NCBI GenBank assembly: GCA_031425655.1
Contig: JANPJS010000171.1
Coordinates: forward strand, 1 to 26,082
Source: Abditibacteriaceae bacterium
GTDB taxonomy: Bacteria; Armatimonadota; Abditibacteriia; Abditibacteriales; Abditibacteriaceae
Length of the DNA: 26,082 nucleotides
Reading direction: 5' to 3'
In this document: in pieces, positions 1-10,200 of the stretch
Layout: each line of letters begins with the position of its first letter
Numbering within the stretch: the stretch's first letter is position 1
Position numbers and translations under genes: made by a program
The notes under the pieces: generated by a model
Told to the model about the DNA's origin: nothing
The model's input: only the letters and a program-made list of their open reading frames with translations
Database searches by the model: none

Positions 1-19
1 AAGCAATTTTGTCCCGTCA

Positions 20-127
20 CACCCCATCAAAATGGGGCGCAACCTTCAAAATGTCCGCCTTCGCGCACTCTATTTTTCGACCGCGAAGGCGCACTTCGTA
101 AGATTAGCACCCCATTTTAATGGGGTG
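20..127. repeat. Nested REP-like palindromic element
   Basis: Outer arms CACCCCATCAAAATGGGGCGCAACCTT (20-46) and AAGATTAGCACCCCATTTTAATGGGGTG (100-127) are near reverse complements, and each is itself a CCCCAT..ATGGGG hairpin. Inner arms 53-65 and 82-94 pair at 12/13. Confidence 0.75.
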
Positions 128-189
128 GGAGCGGCAAAGTCGCTTTTGAAGATCGAAAATTACATTTCTTTGCTTAAGTTGATGGCTAT

Positions 190-211
190 GGAACACGCCG
201 CGTGTCCCTAC
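190..211 (-). repeat. Single GTAG-type REP sequence
   Basis: Minus strand reads GTAGGGACACGCGGCGTGTTCC: a GTAG tetranucleotide followed by an imperfect hairpin. It shares the GTAGGGAC start with the pair at 1732-1797. Confidence 0.55.
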
Positions 212-212
212 G

Positions 213-246
213 AAAAACGGGACAGCCGATTGGCTGTCCCGTTTTT
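213..246. terminator. Intrinsic terminator, potentially bidirectional
   Basis: Perfect hairpin AAAAACGGGACAGCC-GATT-GGCTGTCCCGTTTTT at the stop codon of the 245..1720 gene, with A/T tracts on both sides. Confidence 0.85.
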
Positions 247-1720
247 ATTTGGTGGGCGTGGCCCACACTTCGGCTTCAATGTATTGATTCTGCGGATCGC
301 TGGTGCTGCCGCGACTGTAAAACCGCACGAAACGCGCTTTCTGCGCCTTAATCGGAATCCAGCCACCCTGCGCGGCTTCGTAATATTCGCGGTCTTTTCC
401 GGGGCCGAGGCCCGATGAATTGTCCGCATCATTGTTGTAAACGGTGCGGACGTTCTTCATAAAATCGGGATCATCAGACAATTGAACCACGACATCACGA
501 TAAACGCGCGATTCGCCGAAGTAATGCCAGAGCAAAACCCCGTGAATGTCGAACGTCTTTTCCAGATCAACTTGCACCCATTGCGTGCTGGGGCCAAGCT
601 CAACCCACTGTCCTTCTTCCTCGCCTTTTTCGCCGTTGGTTATCAGCGTCAAATCGCCAATGATCGGCGCATCGTCACTGGCCGTCACCGGCTTATGCAG
701 CGCGACGTTCTTGGAGCCTTTGGGCAAATAAACCGGGCCGCGCGGCTCAAAGCGCGGAAATGACGCCATCGTTCCAGGACTGGACAAGCGTGAAATATAA
801 GGCGGCGATGGCAACCTAAAACGTGCGATTTCATAGCCGGGCGGCGCCTTTTTGGGCGCCGGAGGCAGCGTAACCGGCGCGAAACCCGTCGCCGATTTGC
901 GCGGAACAGGCCGATAATAACTCGGCTTTGGCAGCAGGAATGGAGCGGTGTGAGGCGCGGAAACCGCTTTGCGCGAGATGGGAATTTTCGGAGCGGTCTT
1001 CGTCGCTTTGATCGGCGTGGCCCACACTTCGGCTTCGATATATTGGTTTTGCGGGTCGCTGCTGTTACCCCGGCTATAAAGCCGCACGAAACGCGCTTTC
1101 TGTGCCTTAATCGGAATCCAACCACCTTGCGCGGCTTCGTAATACTCGCGGTCGGTGCCTTTGCCAAGGCCGGACGAGTTGTCGTCATCGTTGTTGTAAA
1201 CGGTGCGGACATTTTTCGTGAAATCGGCGTTGTCAGCGAGTCGAATAATCACGTCGCGGTAAACACGCTGGCGTTCGCCCCAATAATGCCAGAGCAAAAC
1301 GGCGTGGATATTGAAAGCCTTTTGCAAATCAATTTGCACCCATTGTGTTCCGGGCATCAATTCTACCCAACGGCCATCCTCAGCACCCTTTTCTCCATCG
1401 GTAATTAGCGTCAAATCACCAATAATCGGTGCGTCATCACTGGAAGTTACAGGTTTATGTAGCGCGACATTTACAGAACCTTTAGGCAGGAAGACGACAC
1501 CACGCGACTTCCACTCCGGCGCAGTGGAATCCTTCTTGACAGGCTGATAACTTTCGTAAGACGCGGGTGGCAACACAAACTTTGCTTCTTCGTAGCCGGG
1601 CGGCGGAGTTTTTGGCGCAGGCTTCGCGGTCGCTTTCGCGGCGGGTTTTGGCGCCGCTTGCGCGCAAAGCGGGACAGCCTGAGTCATAGTGAACAGAGCG
1701 AGTAAGAACTTCGTTTTCAT
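245..1720 (-). CDS. Secreted protein with two tandem discoidin (F5/8 type C)/galactose-binding-like domains
   Basis: Signal peptide (MKTKFLLALF...AQA) and Pro/Ala/Lys linker. Two near-identical units with NVALHKPVT.S, QWVQ.DL, ARFVR.YSRG and YIEAEVWA motifs typical of discoidin-like beta-sandwiches. Confidence 0.75.
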   Translation of the reverse strand: MKTKFLLALFTMTQAVPLCAQAAPKPAAKATAKPAPKTPPPGYEEAKFVLPPASYESYQPVKKDSTAPEWKSRGVVFLPKGSVNVALHKPVTSSDDAPIIGDLTLITDGEKGAEDGRWVELMPGTQWVQIDLQKAFNIHAVLLWHYWGERQRVYRDVIIRLADNADFTKNVRTVYNNDDDNSSGLGKGTDREYYEAAQGGWIPIKAQKARFVRLYSRGNSSDPQNQYIEAEVWATPIKATKTAPKIPISRKAVSAPHTAPFLLPKPSYYRPVPRKSATGFAPVTLPPAPKKAPPGYEIARFRLPSPPYISRLSSPGTMASFPRFEPRGPVYLPKGSKNVALHKPVTASDDAPIIGDLTLITNGEKGEEEGQWVELGPSTQWVQVDLEKTFDIHGVLLWHYFGESRVYRDVVVQLSDDPDFMKNVRTVYNNDADNSSGLGPGKDREYYEAAQGGWIPIKAQKARFVRFYSRGSTSDPQNQYIEAEVWATPTK

Positions 1721-1731
1721 CTTCGTTTTCT

Positions 1732-1797
1732 TGTAGGGACGCAGCCTGCTGCGTCCGCCGTTTTACGATTTTGGACGCAGCAGGCTGCGTCCCTACA
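1732..1797. repeat. Inverted pair of GTAG REPs (REPIN-like)
   Basis: TGTAGGGACGCAGCCTGCTGCGTCC (1732-1756) and its exact reverse complement (1773-1797), separated by a 16-nt spacer. Confidence 0.85.
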
Positions 1798-2181
1798 TCA
1801 GGCAAGTATTGAGAGATTCTCTAAAATGCCCTTGATGTCCTCGGCTTGAAGCGGTTTGGTGAAGTAGGAAGCGGCGCCCAAACGGGTGGCGCGTTCGATG
1901 TCGGCGGGCGCGGGGCTGCTGGTGAGGAGCACGACGGGAATATCGCGCGTGCGCTCGTCGGCTTTGATGAGAATCAGTAGCTCGAAGCCGTCGCGGCCCG
2001 GCAGTTTGATGTCGAGCAGGATTAAATGGGGCAAATGCTCGCGCAGCCAATCGAGCGCCTCGCCGCTATCGGCGGCGTGGTGCAACTCGAAAGGCAGACC
2101 GCACTTTTTCAATTCGCGGCGCGCTAAAAAGGCGTGGTCGGGGTTGTCTTCGATCAATAAAATTTGCAGGGGCGTGTTCAT
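1798..2181 (-). CDS. Single-domain response regulator (Rcp1/CheY-like)
   Basis: IEDN acidic pocket, LILLD phosphoacceptor, LTSS and FTKP motifs. Overlaps the kinase stop by 4 nt. Confidence 0.92.
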   Translation of the reverse strand: MNTPLQILLIEDNPDHAFLARRELKKCGLPFELHHAADSGEALDWLREHLPHLILLDIKLPGRDGFELLILIKADERTRDIPVVLLTSSPAPADIERATRLGAASYFTKPLQAEDIKGILENLSILA

Positions 2182-4265
2182 AAAGCTTCACTTTCGGGAA
2201 TATCGGGCTTCTTGCTCAGTGTAAAGTAGAACGTCGTGCCCTGCCCTGTGCCGGGGGAAACCGCCCAAGAACGGCCTCCATGCGCTTGCGCGGCGCGTTG
2301 CACGATGCTCAGACCGATGCCGCTGCCCGGCGCGGCGGAATTGCCCACGCGCTGAAAAATGCCGAAGGCTTTTTCCAAATGGCCAGACTCCAAGCCCAAC
2401 CCGTTATCGCTGACCGCGAACTGCCAGTGCGTCGGCGTTTCTTCGCACGAAACCGCCACGGTGCGCGATGGTTTGGCCGGGTCGGAGTATTTAATGGCGT
2501 TGTCGAGCAGGTTTAAAAACATCTGGCGCACGCGCTTGCGTTCGCAGCAAACGGCGGGCAAATCGTGCGCGATTTCGATTTGCACCACTTTCGCTTGCGC
2601 CTGTAAAGTCAGTTCGGCGGCGGCTTCGCGCGCTAATTGGCGCGTGTCGGCCATTTCCCATTGTTCGCGCACGCGCCCGATGCGCGAAAGCTCGATGAGG
2701 TCGCCGATTAAACTTTCGAGCTGCTTGGAATTGGAACCGATGCGCTCTAAATAATGCTTGGAATCGGCGGGTAATTCGTCGCCGAAGTCTTGATGCAGCG
2801 CGTCCAAATAGCCTTGAATCGAAATTAAAGGCGCCTTCAAATCGTGCGATACGGTATAAACGAATTCTTCCAGTTCGCGGTTTTTTGCGCGAAGCTGCGC
2901 GCCGCTGACGCCCAGCGCATCGTGCGCCGCGCGCAGTTGCTCGGCGCGCTGCTCGCTTTCGCGCAACAAACGCGCGTTGTCCAAAGCGACGGCCACTTGT
3001 GCCGCGACGTGCTGCAATAATTCGCTTTCAGCAGGCTGCCAATCGCGCGGCGTGGTGCATTCGAGCGCGATTAAACCGGCGGTTTGGTCGCGCAAAAGCA
3101 GGGGCGCCGCCAAAAACGCGCGCGTGCCCTGCGCGTGCAGCGAACTTTGCGCCGGGTCGGGCCAGTTTTCGCTGTCGGGGATGCTCAGCACGTCTTTGTT
3201 TTGCAACACGCGATGCCACGTTTGCGGCAAGGCTTGCGGCGTGCAGAGCGCATTTTCGTGCGGCGCGATGCCGGGCGCCGTCCATTGAAAAAACAGAGGC
3301 CCGCCGTCCTCGGACTGGCGAGGCAGACACAGCACGCAGCGCGAAGCATTTAAGGCCTCGCCCAATTCGCGCGCTGTGGTTTGCAAAACCGTCGCGGTAT
3401 CCAAAGAGCGCGTTACGGCGCCGGTGATGCGTCCCGAAAGGCGTTCGCGCTCCAATCGCGCAGCAATCGAGGTCGTCATGGCGTTCATGGCGCCGGTCAC
3501 TTCGCCGAATTCATCGTTGCTCACGACGGGCGAAGGTGCGTAGTCGCCGGCTTCGATGCGCCGCGAACGCTCCACCATCGCCGACAGCGGCAAGGTGACC
3601 GAGCGCGCCAAACCGACGCCAATCCAGATGGCCATAATCAGCGCGGCGGCTTCCATCGCTAAGACGCTGAGCGTCGAATACCAGCGATAGCGGTCGGCGC
3701 CGGCTAAGGCGTTTTTCCGGTAAAGCATCAGGTCGTCGCGCGCGGCGCCGAAGGCGCTTTCGGCCTCGTCGAAGGAACGCCACGTCGTTTGCGCGTCCGG
3801 CGCTTTGGGGTCGCGTAACGCAGTGGCGAGTGGTTCGGCGACTTCGCGCTGCCATTGCAGCCCGGCGTCGTAAAATTCGGTCAGGCGCGTTTCCAATGAT
3901 TCGGATGGCGACTGCGCGATGGCACTCTGATACGCTTTCTCGAACGCGGCTTTGGCGTCACGATAGGGCATCACGAAGGCTTTTTCGGCTTCATCGGCAC
4001 TCGTGGCCGGCGCGCCGGAATCGTTGCTTTGCAGCCATAAATGCAGGCCGCGCGCGTGATTGTCCATCGCTTCGGCGCTTTGTTTCATCTGCGTGGAATC
4101 GGTCAAAAGCGCATCGGTTTTAGCGATAATGTCGCGGTATTGCTCGACGGTATCGGCGGTGACGCGGAATTGATACCACGCCAAAAGCGCCAGCAGAAAC
4201 GGCACGAAAAGCAATCCGAGACGCACGCGCCACGCGATGTTCCAGCGACGAGGAGAGAGGATCAT
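2178..4265 (-). CDS. Membrane sensor histidine kinase (extracytoplasmic helical sensor-HAMP-GAF-HisKA-HATPase)
   Basis: Two hydrophobic helices, HAMP (NDEFGEVTGAMNAM), GAF (FLAAPLLL...AAQVAVALDNARL), H-box VSHDLKAPL, N-box NLLDNAIKY, DNGLG and GSGIGLSI boxes. Confidence 0.92.
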   Translation of the reverse strand: MILSPRRWNIAWRVRLGLLFVPFLLALLAWYQFRVTADTVEQYRDIIAKTDALLTDSTQMKQSAEAMDNHARGLHLWLQSNDSGAPATSADEAEKAFVMPYRDAKAAFEKAYQSAIAQSPSESLETRLTEFYDAGLQWQREVAEPLATALRDPKAPDAQTTWRSFDEAESAFGAARDDLMLYRKNALAGADRYRWYSTLSVLAMEAAALIMAIWIGVGLARSVTLPLSAMVERSRRIEAGDYAPSPVVSNDEFGEVTGAMNAMTTSIAARLERERLSGRITGAVTRSLDTATVLQTTARELGEALNASRCVLCLPRQSEDGGPLFFQWTAPGIAPHENALCTPQALPQTWHRVLQNKDVLSIPDSENWPDPAQSSLHAQGTRAFLAAPLLLRDQTAGLIALECTTPRDWQPAESELLQHVAAQVAVALDNARLLRESEQRAEQLRAAHDALGVSGAQLRAKNRELEEFVYTVSHDLKAPLISIQGYLDALHQDFGDELPADSKHYLERIGSNSKQLESLIGDLIELSRIGRVREQWEMADTRQLAREAAAELTLQAQAKVVQIEIAHDLPAVCCERKRVRQMFLNLLDNAIKYSDPAKPSRTVAVSCEETPTHWQFAVSDNGLGLESGHLEKAFGIFQRVGNSAAPGSGIGLSIVQRAAQAHGGRSWAVSPGTGQGTTFYFTLSKKPDIPESEAL

Positions 4266-4267
4266 AG

Positions 4268-4333
4268 AGAGTTTTGAGTTTTGAATTTTGAATTTTGAAT
4301 TAAATACAATTCAAAACTAAATCTCAAAACTCT
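4268..4333. repeat. Inverted heptamer tandem repeat (TTTTGAR)n
   Basis: AGAGTTTTGAGTTTTGAATTTTGAATTTTGAATT followed by the complementary arm AATTCAAAACTAAATCTCAAAACTCT. Confidence 0.8.
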
Positions 4334-4361
4334 GTTCGCAAAGTGATTTTCGGTTTTTACG

Positions 4362-5597
4362 TCAGCCTTCGACAGTGTTAACTTCGAGTTCGGCTCTGCG
4401 TCTTCGGTATTCGGTCGTTTGCGTTCCGGTTTCCGGCTTTGGATTATGGATTTCCTCGCAGCGCGGCAGTGCCAGACAAAATGTGGCGCCTTCTCCGGCT
4501 TGCGGCGGTGCGGCTTCGAGCTTGCCGCCGTGCGCTTCGATGATGCGCCGGCAAATGCCCAGTCCCAACCCGGTGCCTTTCACGATGCCGTCGGTTTTAG
4601 TGGTGAATCCGCTTTCAAACAAGTGCGAAAACGCTTCGGGAGCGATGCCCGGCCCTTCGTCCTGCACGCTGGCCACAACTTGCCCGTCTTCATTTTCTTC
4701 GATGGCGATTCTCAGCGTGCCCTGCTCTTTGCCGGCCATTTGCAGAGCCTGCGCCGCGTTGCGAAACAAGTTGATGAAAACCTGCTTTAGCTCATCGCGA
4801 TTGGCGACAACTAAGCCGCGCGTGTGATAATCGCGCTCCACGATCACGCGATGGCGAAAAGCGCGGTCAAAGCGCATGAAGGCTAAGGTTTCGTCTACCA
4901 AATCGGCGAGCAGCATCGGGGTGCGTGCGCCGTGCGCTTGCGGATTGGTCAGCACTTCGTCTAAAACGCGATTGAGATGCGTGCAATTGTCAGCAATGGC
5001 CCGCGCGCATTCGCGCAGTTGATCGGGCGGCAGGCGGTCGAGATTGTCGCGCAGAAGGGAGGCCATGCCGGAAATAACCGTCATCGGATTGCGTATTTCG
5101 TGGGCGATGCCCGCCGCGACTTCGCCGATGGCCGCCAATCGCGCGAAACGAACGTGCTCGGATTCAAGCTGCTCGTTGCGGCTCCTCATCTTTTCGCGCT
5201 CGACGACCTGTTCCACCACAGCGGCCACGATGCCGCCGCCCGTCCCGGCTTTGACGATGTAATCGCTGGCGCCGCGCCGCATCGCTTCGACGGCAATCGC
5301 TTCGCTGCCCTGTCCCGTCATGATAATGACCGGCGTGAGATTTTCGCGTTGTCGCAAGAGTGACAGCACATCCAGACCGCTCATGTCGGGCAGGCCGTTG
5401 TCCAATAAAATCACATCAAGCGGCAGGGCATTTTCGGACTGGACTTGCGCGATCAGGCGCAACGCATCGGCGCCGCTCTGAGCCGACAAGACCTCGCAAG
5501 TCAGATGACTTTGCAGTTCGCGGCGCGTCAGAAAAATGTGATCGGCGTTGTCATCCACTAAAAGGATGCGTAGCTTCGCGCAATTGGTGTCTGGCAT
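4362..5597 (-). CDS. Cytoplasmic hybrid sensor: N-terminal receiver plus NtrB-like histidine kinase
   Basis: LLVDDN, VILLD, MTGQG and DYIVK receiver motifs. H-box AHEIRNPM, NLFRNAAQA, DEGPGI, FTTK and GTGLGL. Confidence 0.92.
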   Translation of the reverse strand: MPDTNCAKLRILLVDDNADHIFLTRRELQSHLTCEVLSAQSGADALRLIAQVQSENALPLDVILLDNGLPDMSGLDVLSLLRQRENLTPVIIMTGQGSEAIAVEAMRRGASDYIVKAGTGGGIVAAVVEQVVEREKMRSRNEQLESEHVRFARLAAIGEVAAGIAHEIRNPMTVISGMASLLRDNLDRLPPDQLRECARAIADNCTHLNRVLDEVLTNPQAHGARTPMLLADLVDETLAFMRFDRAFRHRVIVERDYHTRGLVVANRDELKQVFINLFRNAAQALQMAGKEQGTLRIAIEENEDGQVVASVQDEGPGIAPEAFSHLFESGFTTKTDGIVKGTGLGLGICRRIIEAHGGKLEAAPPQAGEGATFCLALPRCEEIHNPKPETGTQTTEYRRRRAELEVNTVEG

Positions 5598-5663
5598 GGT
5601 CAGAATCGCGTTGTCGGGTGCAAAATAACGGCCTCACAGACGGCATTTCTACTGAAGACAGAC

Positions 5664-5796
5664 TTTCAATAGAACACGGAGCTTCGCTATCCTGCCCAGA
5701 GGGCGCCCGAAACGACACGGATTTACACAGATCAATCCAAAAACCGTGTTAATCCGTGGTTGTTTCCGCGTAGCGAAGCTCCGTGTCCCATTGAAA
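5664..5796. repeat. Long palindromic intergenic element, copy 1 (carries a 19-nt insertion at 5690-5708)
   Basis: Arms TTTCAATAGAACACGGAGCTTCGCTA... and ...TAGCGAAGCTCCGTGTCCCATTGAAA. The core CACAGATCAATCCAAAAA is shared with 13551-13660. Confidence 0.85.
5690..5708. mobile_element. 19-nt micro-insertion TCCTGCCCAGAGGGCGCCC
   Basis: Breaks the symmetry of the palindrome. The opposite arm and the sister copy at 13573-13576 both show CGCG here. 18/19 identical to 14893-14911. Confidence 0.65.
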
Positions 5797-5815
5797 ATAA
5801 GGGCATCGCAAAAAC

Positions 5816-6517
5816 TTAGCGATGCTGATTAGCCTTTGCGACCGCGACGGCGGCGCGAATCGCTTCTTCCAATCGCCGCGCGGCGACTTCGCGTTGTTCG
5901 CGCGCCGGCAAATGCGCTAAATCGGCGAAAGTAATCGCTTCGCCGAAGTGAACGCGCACCGGCGATAACGTCGGGCGCGGCTTGACTTCTTTATAAGGCA
6001 GCACTTTGTCCAATCCGACGATGCCGGCGGGCACAATCGGCACTTTGGCGCGCAGTGCGATCATCACGGCGCCGGGCAGAACCGGCCCCATTTCGCCCGT
6101 CGGAGAAACGCGCCCTTCGGGAAAAATCACCAGACCGTAGCCGCGTTTGAGAATCTCTTCGCAGCGGCGCAGCGCGGCGCGGTCGGGGCTGCCGGGGTCA
6201 ACTGGAAAGGTTTGCCAGAACGAAATCAGCGGCCCGACGATGCGGTCGGCGAACAGTTCGCGCTTGCCCATCCACCACAAAGGCCGGAACACGCTCGACG
6301 AAATCAGCGGCGGGTCGCCGTCGGAAGTGTGATTCGGGCAAATCAAAACCGCGCCGCGCACCGGGATATTTTTGCGTCCGGTTACGCGCAGATTCGGCGC
6401 GCAGCAGCGCACGACGGTTCGCACAATCAGATGCACAATCGGCCCGAAAATGTGAAAGTTACGGGTAGATTCCAGATGCTCGTCCGGCTTCAATTCGTAG
6501 GTTTTTTTCTCGCTCAT
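5816..6517 (-). CDS. plsC: 1-acyl-sn-glycerol-3-phosphate / lysophospholipid acyltransferase
   Basis: NHTSDGD (HxxxxD) motif, FPVD, IFPEGR and VPIVP blocks of the PlsC family. Confidence 0.88.
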   Translation of the reverse strand: MSEKKTYELKPDEHLESTRNFHIFGPIVHLIVRTVVRCCAPNLRVTGRKNIPVRGAVLICPNHTSDGDPPLISSSVFRPLWWMGKRELFADRIVGPLISFWQTFPVDPGSPDRAALRRCEEILKRGYGLVIFPEGRVSPTGEMGPVLPGAVMIALRAKVPIVPAGIVGLDKVLPYKEVKPRPTLSPVRVHFGEAITFADLAHLPAREQREVAARRLEEAIRAAVAVAKANQHR

Positions 6518-6527
6518 GTCTCATTCA

Positions 6528-7271
6528 ATGCTATCATTTTTCGCGCGGCTGTTGGCTTTCCTTTGCGCTATCGCTGTTCTCAGCGGCCCGGCCCACGCCG
6601 CCAAAACCCTCAAGTTTGGCGGCTACGAATGGCAGGTGCGCCAATCCGCTTTAGCCGGGCCGGGGCCGAATCTGTGGGACGAAAACAACGTTTGGCTCGA
6701 TGAACAAGGCCGGATGCACCTGAAAATCGCGCTCCGCGACGGCAAATGGAGTTGTGCCGAAGTAAATCTCAAAGAAAATCTGGGTTTTGGGCGTTATCAA
6801 TGGCAAATCGTCGGACGACCCGACAAATTTGATCCGCAAATCGTGCTTGGCTTGTTCAACTATACGCGCCCCGAAGTCGGCCCGGACGGCACCAATGAAA
6901 TTGACATCGAGTTCGCGCGCTGGGGCGATGCCGCCAAACCGGTCGGTAATTTTTCCGTCTGGCCTGCCGTCAAAGAAGTCAAATACCAAACCCATCCGTT
7001 CGATTTCAAACTCGATGGCGATTACACCACGCAGCGTTTCGATTGGTCATCGAAAACTGTGAATTTCCAAATGCTCGGCGGCCACCGCGACGACGATAAA
7101 AACGTCATCGAACAGTGGAAATACGCGCCAAAAGAGCCGGAAAAGTTCATCGCGCAGCAGGCGTTGCCGGTTCATCTCAACTTCTGGCTTTTTCGCGGCA
7201 AGCCGCCGCAAAACGGGCAAGAAGCCGAAGTCATTATCAGCAAATTTTCGTTCACGCCGGAGAAAAATTGA
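6528..7271 (+). CDS. Secreted GH16-like glycoside hydrolase (beta-glucanase-like)
   Basis: Signal peptide ending AHA, ENNVWLDEQGRMHLKI, GFGRY and catalytic EIDIE motif. Start taken at the second ATG because 6516 overlaps the plsC start. Confidence 0.8.
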   Translation: MLSFFARLLAFLCAIAVLSGPAHAAKTLKFGGYEWQVRQSALAGPGPNLWDENNVWLDEQGRMHLKIALRDGKWSCAEVNLKENLGFGRYQWQIVGRPDKFDPQIVLGLFNYTRPEVGPDGTNEIDIEFARWGDAAKPVGNFSVWPAVKEVKYQTHPFDFKLDGDYTTQRFDWSSKTVNFQMLGGHRDDDKNVIEQWKYAPKEPEKFIAQQALPVHLNFWLFRGKPPQNGQEAEVIISKFSFTPEKN

Positions 7272-7299
7272 TTGGTGCAACTGCTGTGTGACAGCAAAT

Positions 7300-10200
7300 T
7301 CACAAATACTTCTGCAAAACCGCCGCTTTTTGCGCGCCGACTAACGCCAAACGTATTTCAGCTTCGGCGATTTCGCTTTCCCACACTTCGATTGCGGCAA
7401 CCAGTTTTTCCTGCTCAGCTAAAGGAGGCAGAGGGATTTTTATCGCTTCAATGCGATTCAGCGCCAGTTTGGGCACACCCATCTGGTGAGTTTTGTCTTT
7501 AATTTGCTGCTGCCCAAATTCCGACGCCAAACATTCCACCAAAAACTTTTTATGAAGTGCGTTTTTGTCGAGAATGACGAGTTTGGCGGCGTTTTCCGTC
7601 AGCGACTTTCCGTCTAATTCGGCGGGAACCGTTCCCACCAATCCGATTGTTCCGGCGATGGAAATGTAAACGTCTTCGGCTGAAATGACGTAATTTTTGA
7701 TCTGAGCGAAAATCTCCGGCGTTATGTATTGCAGGCCCGATAAACCAACCGATTTGTTTTTGAAGTCGGTAACGCGGATATAGGGATAATCCGTCGGCGT
7801 GTTGAGCAAAGAATAGCCTTTGGGCACTCTTTTGCCACCTTTAACAGCACAAACTTTCTCTATTTCAACCGATTTTCCCGCTGCGAAGCTTTGAAGGCTG
7901 GCGTTGATTTTCTCAACTATTTGCATCCGCGCCTTTTCGATGCTGTCCTGCGCTGCTGCCGCGTCCGCGTCGATTGCTTCGCATTCGGCGACGATTTGTT
8001 GTTGCGTGGTGGCATCGGCAATCGGGAGCTTTACCTCTTCAAAGGTTTTCATGGTGATTGCGTCGAATTTGCTGCCGGTTGCCTGTGATTTAAGCTGCTG
8101 GATTTCTCGCTTCAAAACGTAAAAGAGATAATCGTTTGAAACTGAGTTCTTAGCGCGCAAGCCGTAGCAGGATTGATTGAACGCCATTGGCGTGGTTAAT
8201 TGCGCCATCGCGCCGACGGTGCCGCGCGCTGAGATAATAATGTCGCCAGGTTGAAGCAATTTCGTGCTGCTGCTGTCCAGTCCCACCTGCGTGATGGATT
8301 TTTCGGCTTCGGATACAAAGCGAACTTTCTTGCTGAAGTCCGCAACGCTAAGCCACGGAATATCGCCGTCCCAATACAGAGCATTGTTCGTGTCGGGCGT
8401 GCCGCCGCTGATAATGTCCACAATGTCGGAAACGCTTTTGAGCGGCCACTTACTCTGCACTGCTACCGACTTTTTCGCAGCCAGCGCAATCTGCTTCTCG
8501 AAATCGTCGCGCGAAAAGTCGAGCAAATCGGGCAGCGGCAGCAGCGAAAGATATTCTTCGAGCGCCGTCGGTATGGCGTTCAAATCGCCTTTAAAATTAG
8601 AAGCGATGGCGGCGTTGATTTTTTCAGCGTTGTCGCGGTTGGTTTCGTCGTAAAGCGGCGTGAGGTGGCGGCCTTGCGCGTCTTTTATTGGTTTGATGCC
8701 TTCGTCGCCTTTGGCGCCGCTCCATTCGTAGCCGAGAAATTTCCGCCGGTCTTTGGTTTCGGTGGGACTGGTAACAATCAGCACCCGATTCGGCTGCTGC
8801 GTGGCCAGAACGAAGTGCAGCAAATTATCGCGTTCGATGGCTTGCGCGAAGGCCAGAAATTTCTTATTGAGTTCAGCTTCTTGCTGAGCGGCGGGCTTGG
8901 CCTGAAAGCTTCGTTGCTTTTTCAAATTCTTAACGTCCGTGCTGTTATCGAAGGTGCGGCGGTATTTCGCAAAGGTATCGTGCGAAAGCAAAGCGACGGC
9001 GGGCGCGCCGGTCAGCAGCGTTTTATAATCGGCGGGCGCAAGGCCAATGTGCGCCGCATATTGGTCAATGAGGTGTTCGTCTTGATAATCCGTTTGGCCC
9101 GCGTCATGCGCAAACCACGCGGCCACACGCTCTTTGTAGTGCTGCGCGGTGTCGGGGTTGGTCGCTTTGCGGCGCAGAAACAAAGTGACGGTGTTGGTGT
9201 TGGTTTTCCCAAACGTGCCGGGTGGCAATTCGGCAATGGCGACAAGATCGAAGAATTGCAAAAGAATTTCACGGGCGCGAATGTAGGTGCCGCCGCCGTT
9301 GGAAAGCAGGCTGGCCGGAAAAATCACAGCCGCGATGCCGCCGGCTTTGAGCAGTTGCTTAGCGCGTTCGAGAAAAAAGGTTTCGATGCTGTTGGCCGTA
9401 TCGAGATTGTTGATGGTTTCGGTGAGCGCATACTTGGCGCGTTCGATTTCGGGCAAAGTTTCGAGAAAGCCCTTGACGCTAAAAGGTGGATTTGCCACCA
9501 GCAAGTCGAAGCTGTCGTCTTCGATTTCAGGATGCATCGCGTGGCTGGGAATCAACCCGTCGCCATAGCAAATTTTAATGCGCGGCTGCCCATACATAAA
9601 CGCCGACACTTTAGCGATTTTGGAAAGGCGATACTCCTTTTCGATGCCGCAAATGGCGGCGTGATAATCCTCGATGTCTTTTTGCGGATGGTGCTTTTCG
9701 GCCAACGGCTTGATTTGCAGCGCCAATTCGGTGAGAAAGTGCCCGGCGCCGCAAGCGTAGTCAACGGCTTTGGGAGGCGCGGCACTGTTTTGCACCAGCG
9801 TTTCCAGCGGCAGGCTGCTCAGCAGAAAACGGCAAATCGGCGTCGGCGTGAAGAACTGCCCTTCGCTTTGCTTGACGCCCTGATCGAGAAAGCCCTCGAA
9901 CATATCGCCGAGAAACTGATTGTGCTGATGGTCACCAATCAGTTTGATCTCCTGCCACATTTGCAGAATTTCCAAAAGCACGGTGGCGTTCTGATAAAAG
10001 AGTTTTTCGTTATGCACGTCAATAAACGAAAAATCGTTGTTGGTGAAAAACTTCTGGCGGCGAAACAAATCCCAGACGGCGCGCTGCGTGGCGTCCGGGT
10101 CGCGGCGGACAAAGCGCAGCGCGTTAGTGACTTCTTTTTCGTTGATGTAGGTGATTTCTTCGCCGAGGAACTTGCCCATGCCGGCTTTGTAAAGCAGTTG

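Noticed and set aside
2960..3410. GAF domain as a bilin photosensor
   Set aside because: Cysteines are present, but no phytochrome DIP or cyanobacteriochrome CH motif is visible.
5803..5825. GCATCGC/GCGATGC hairpin at the plsC stop as a terminator
   Set aside because: Short 7-bp stem, 9-nt loop and a weak U-tract, so support is insufficient.
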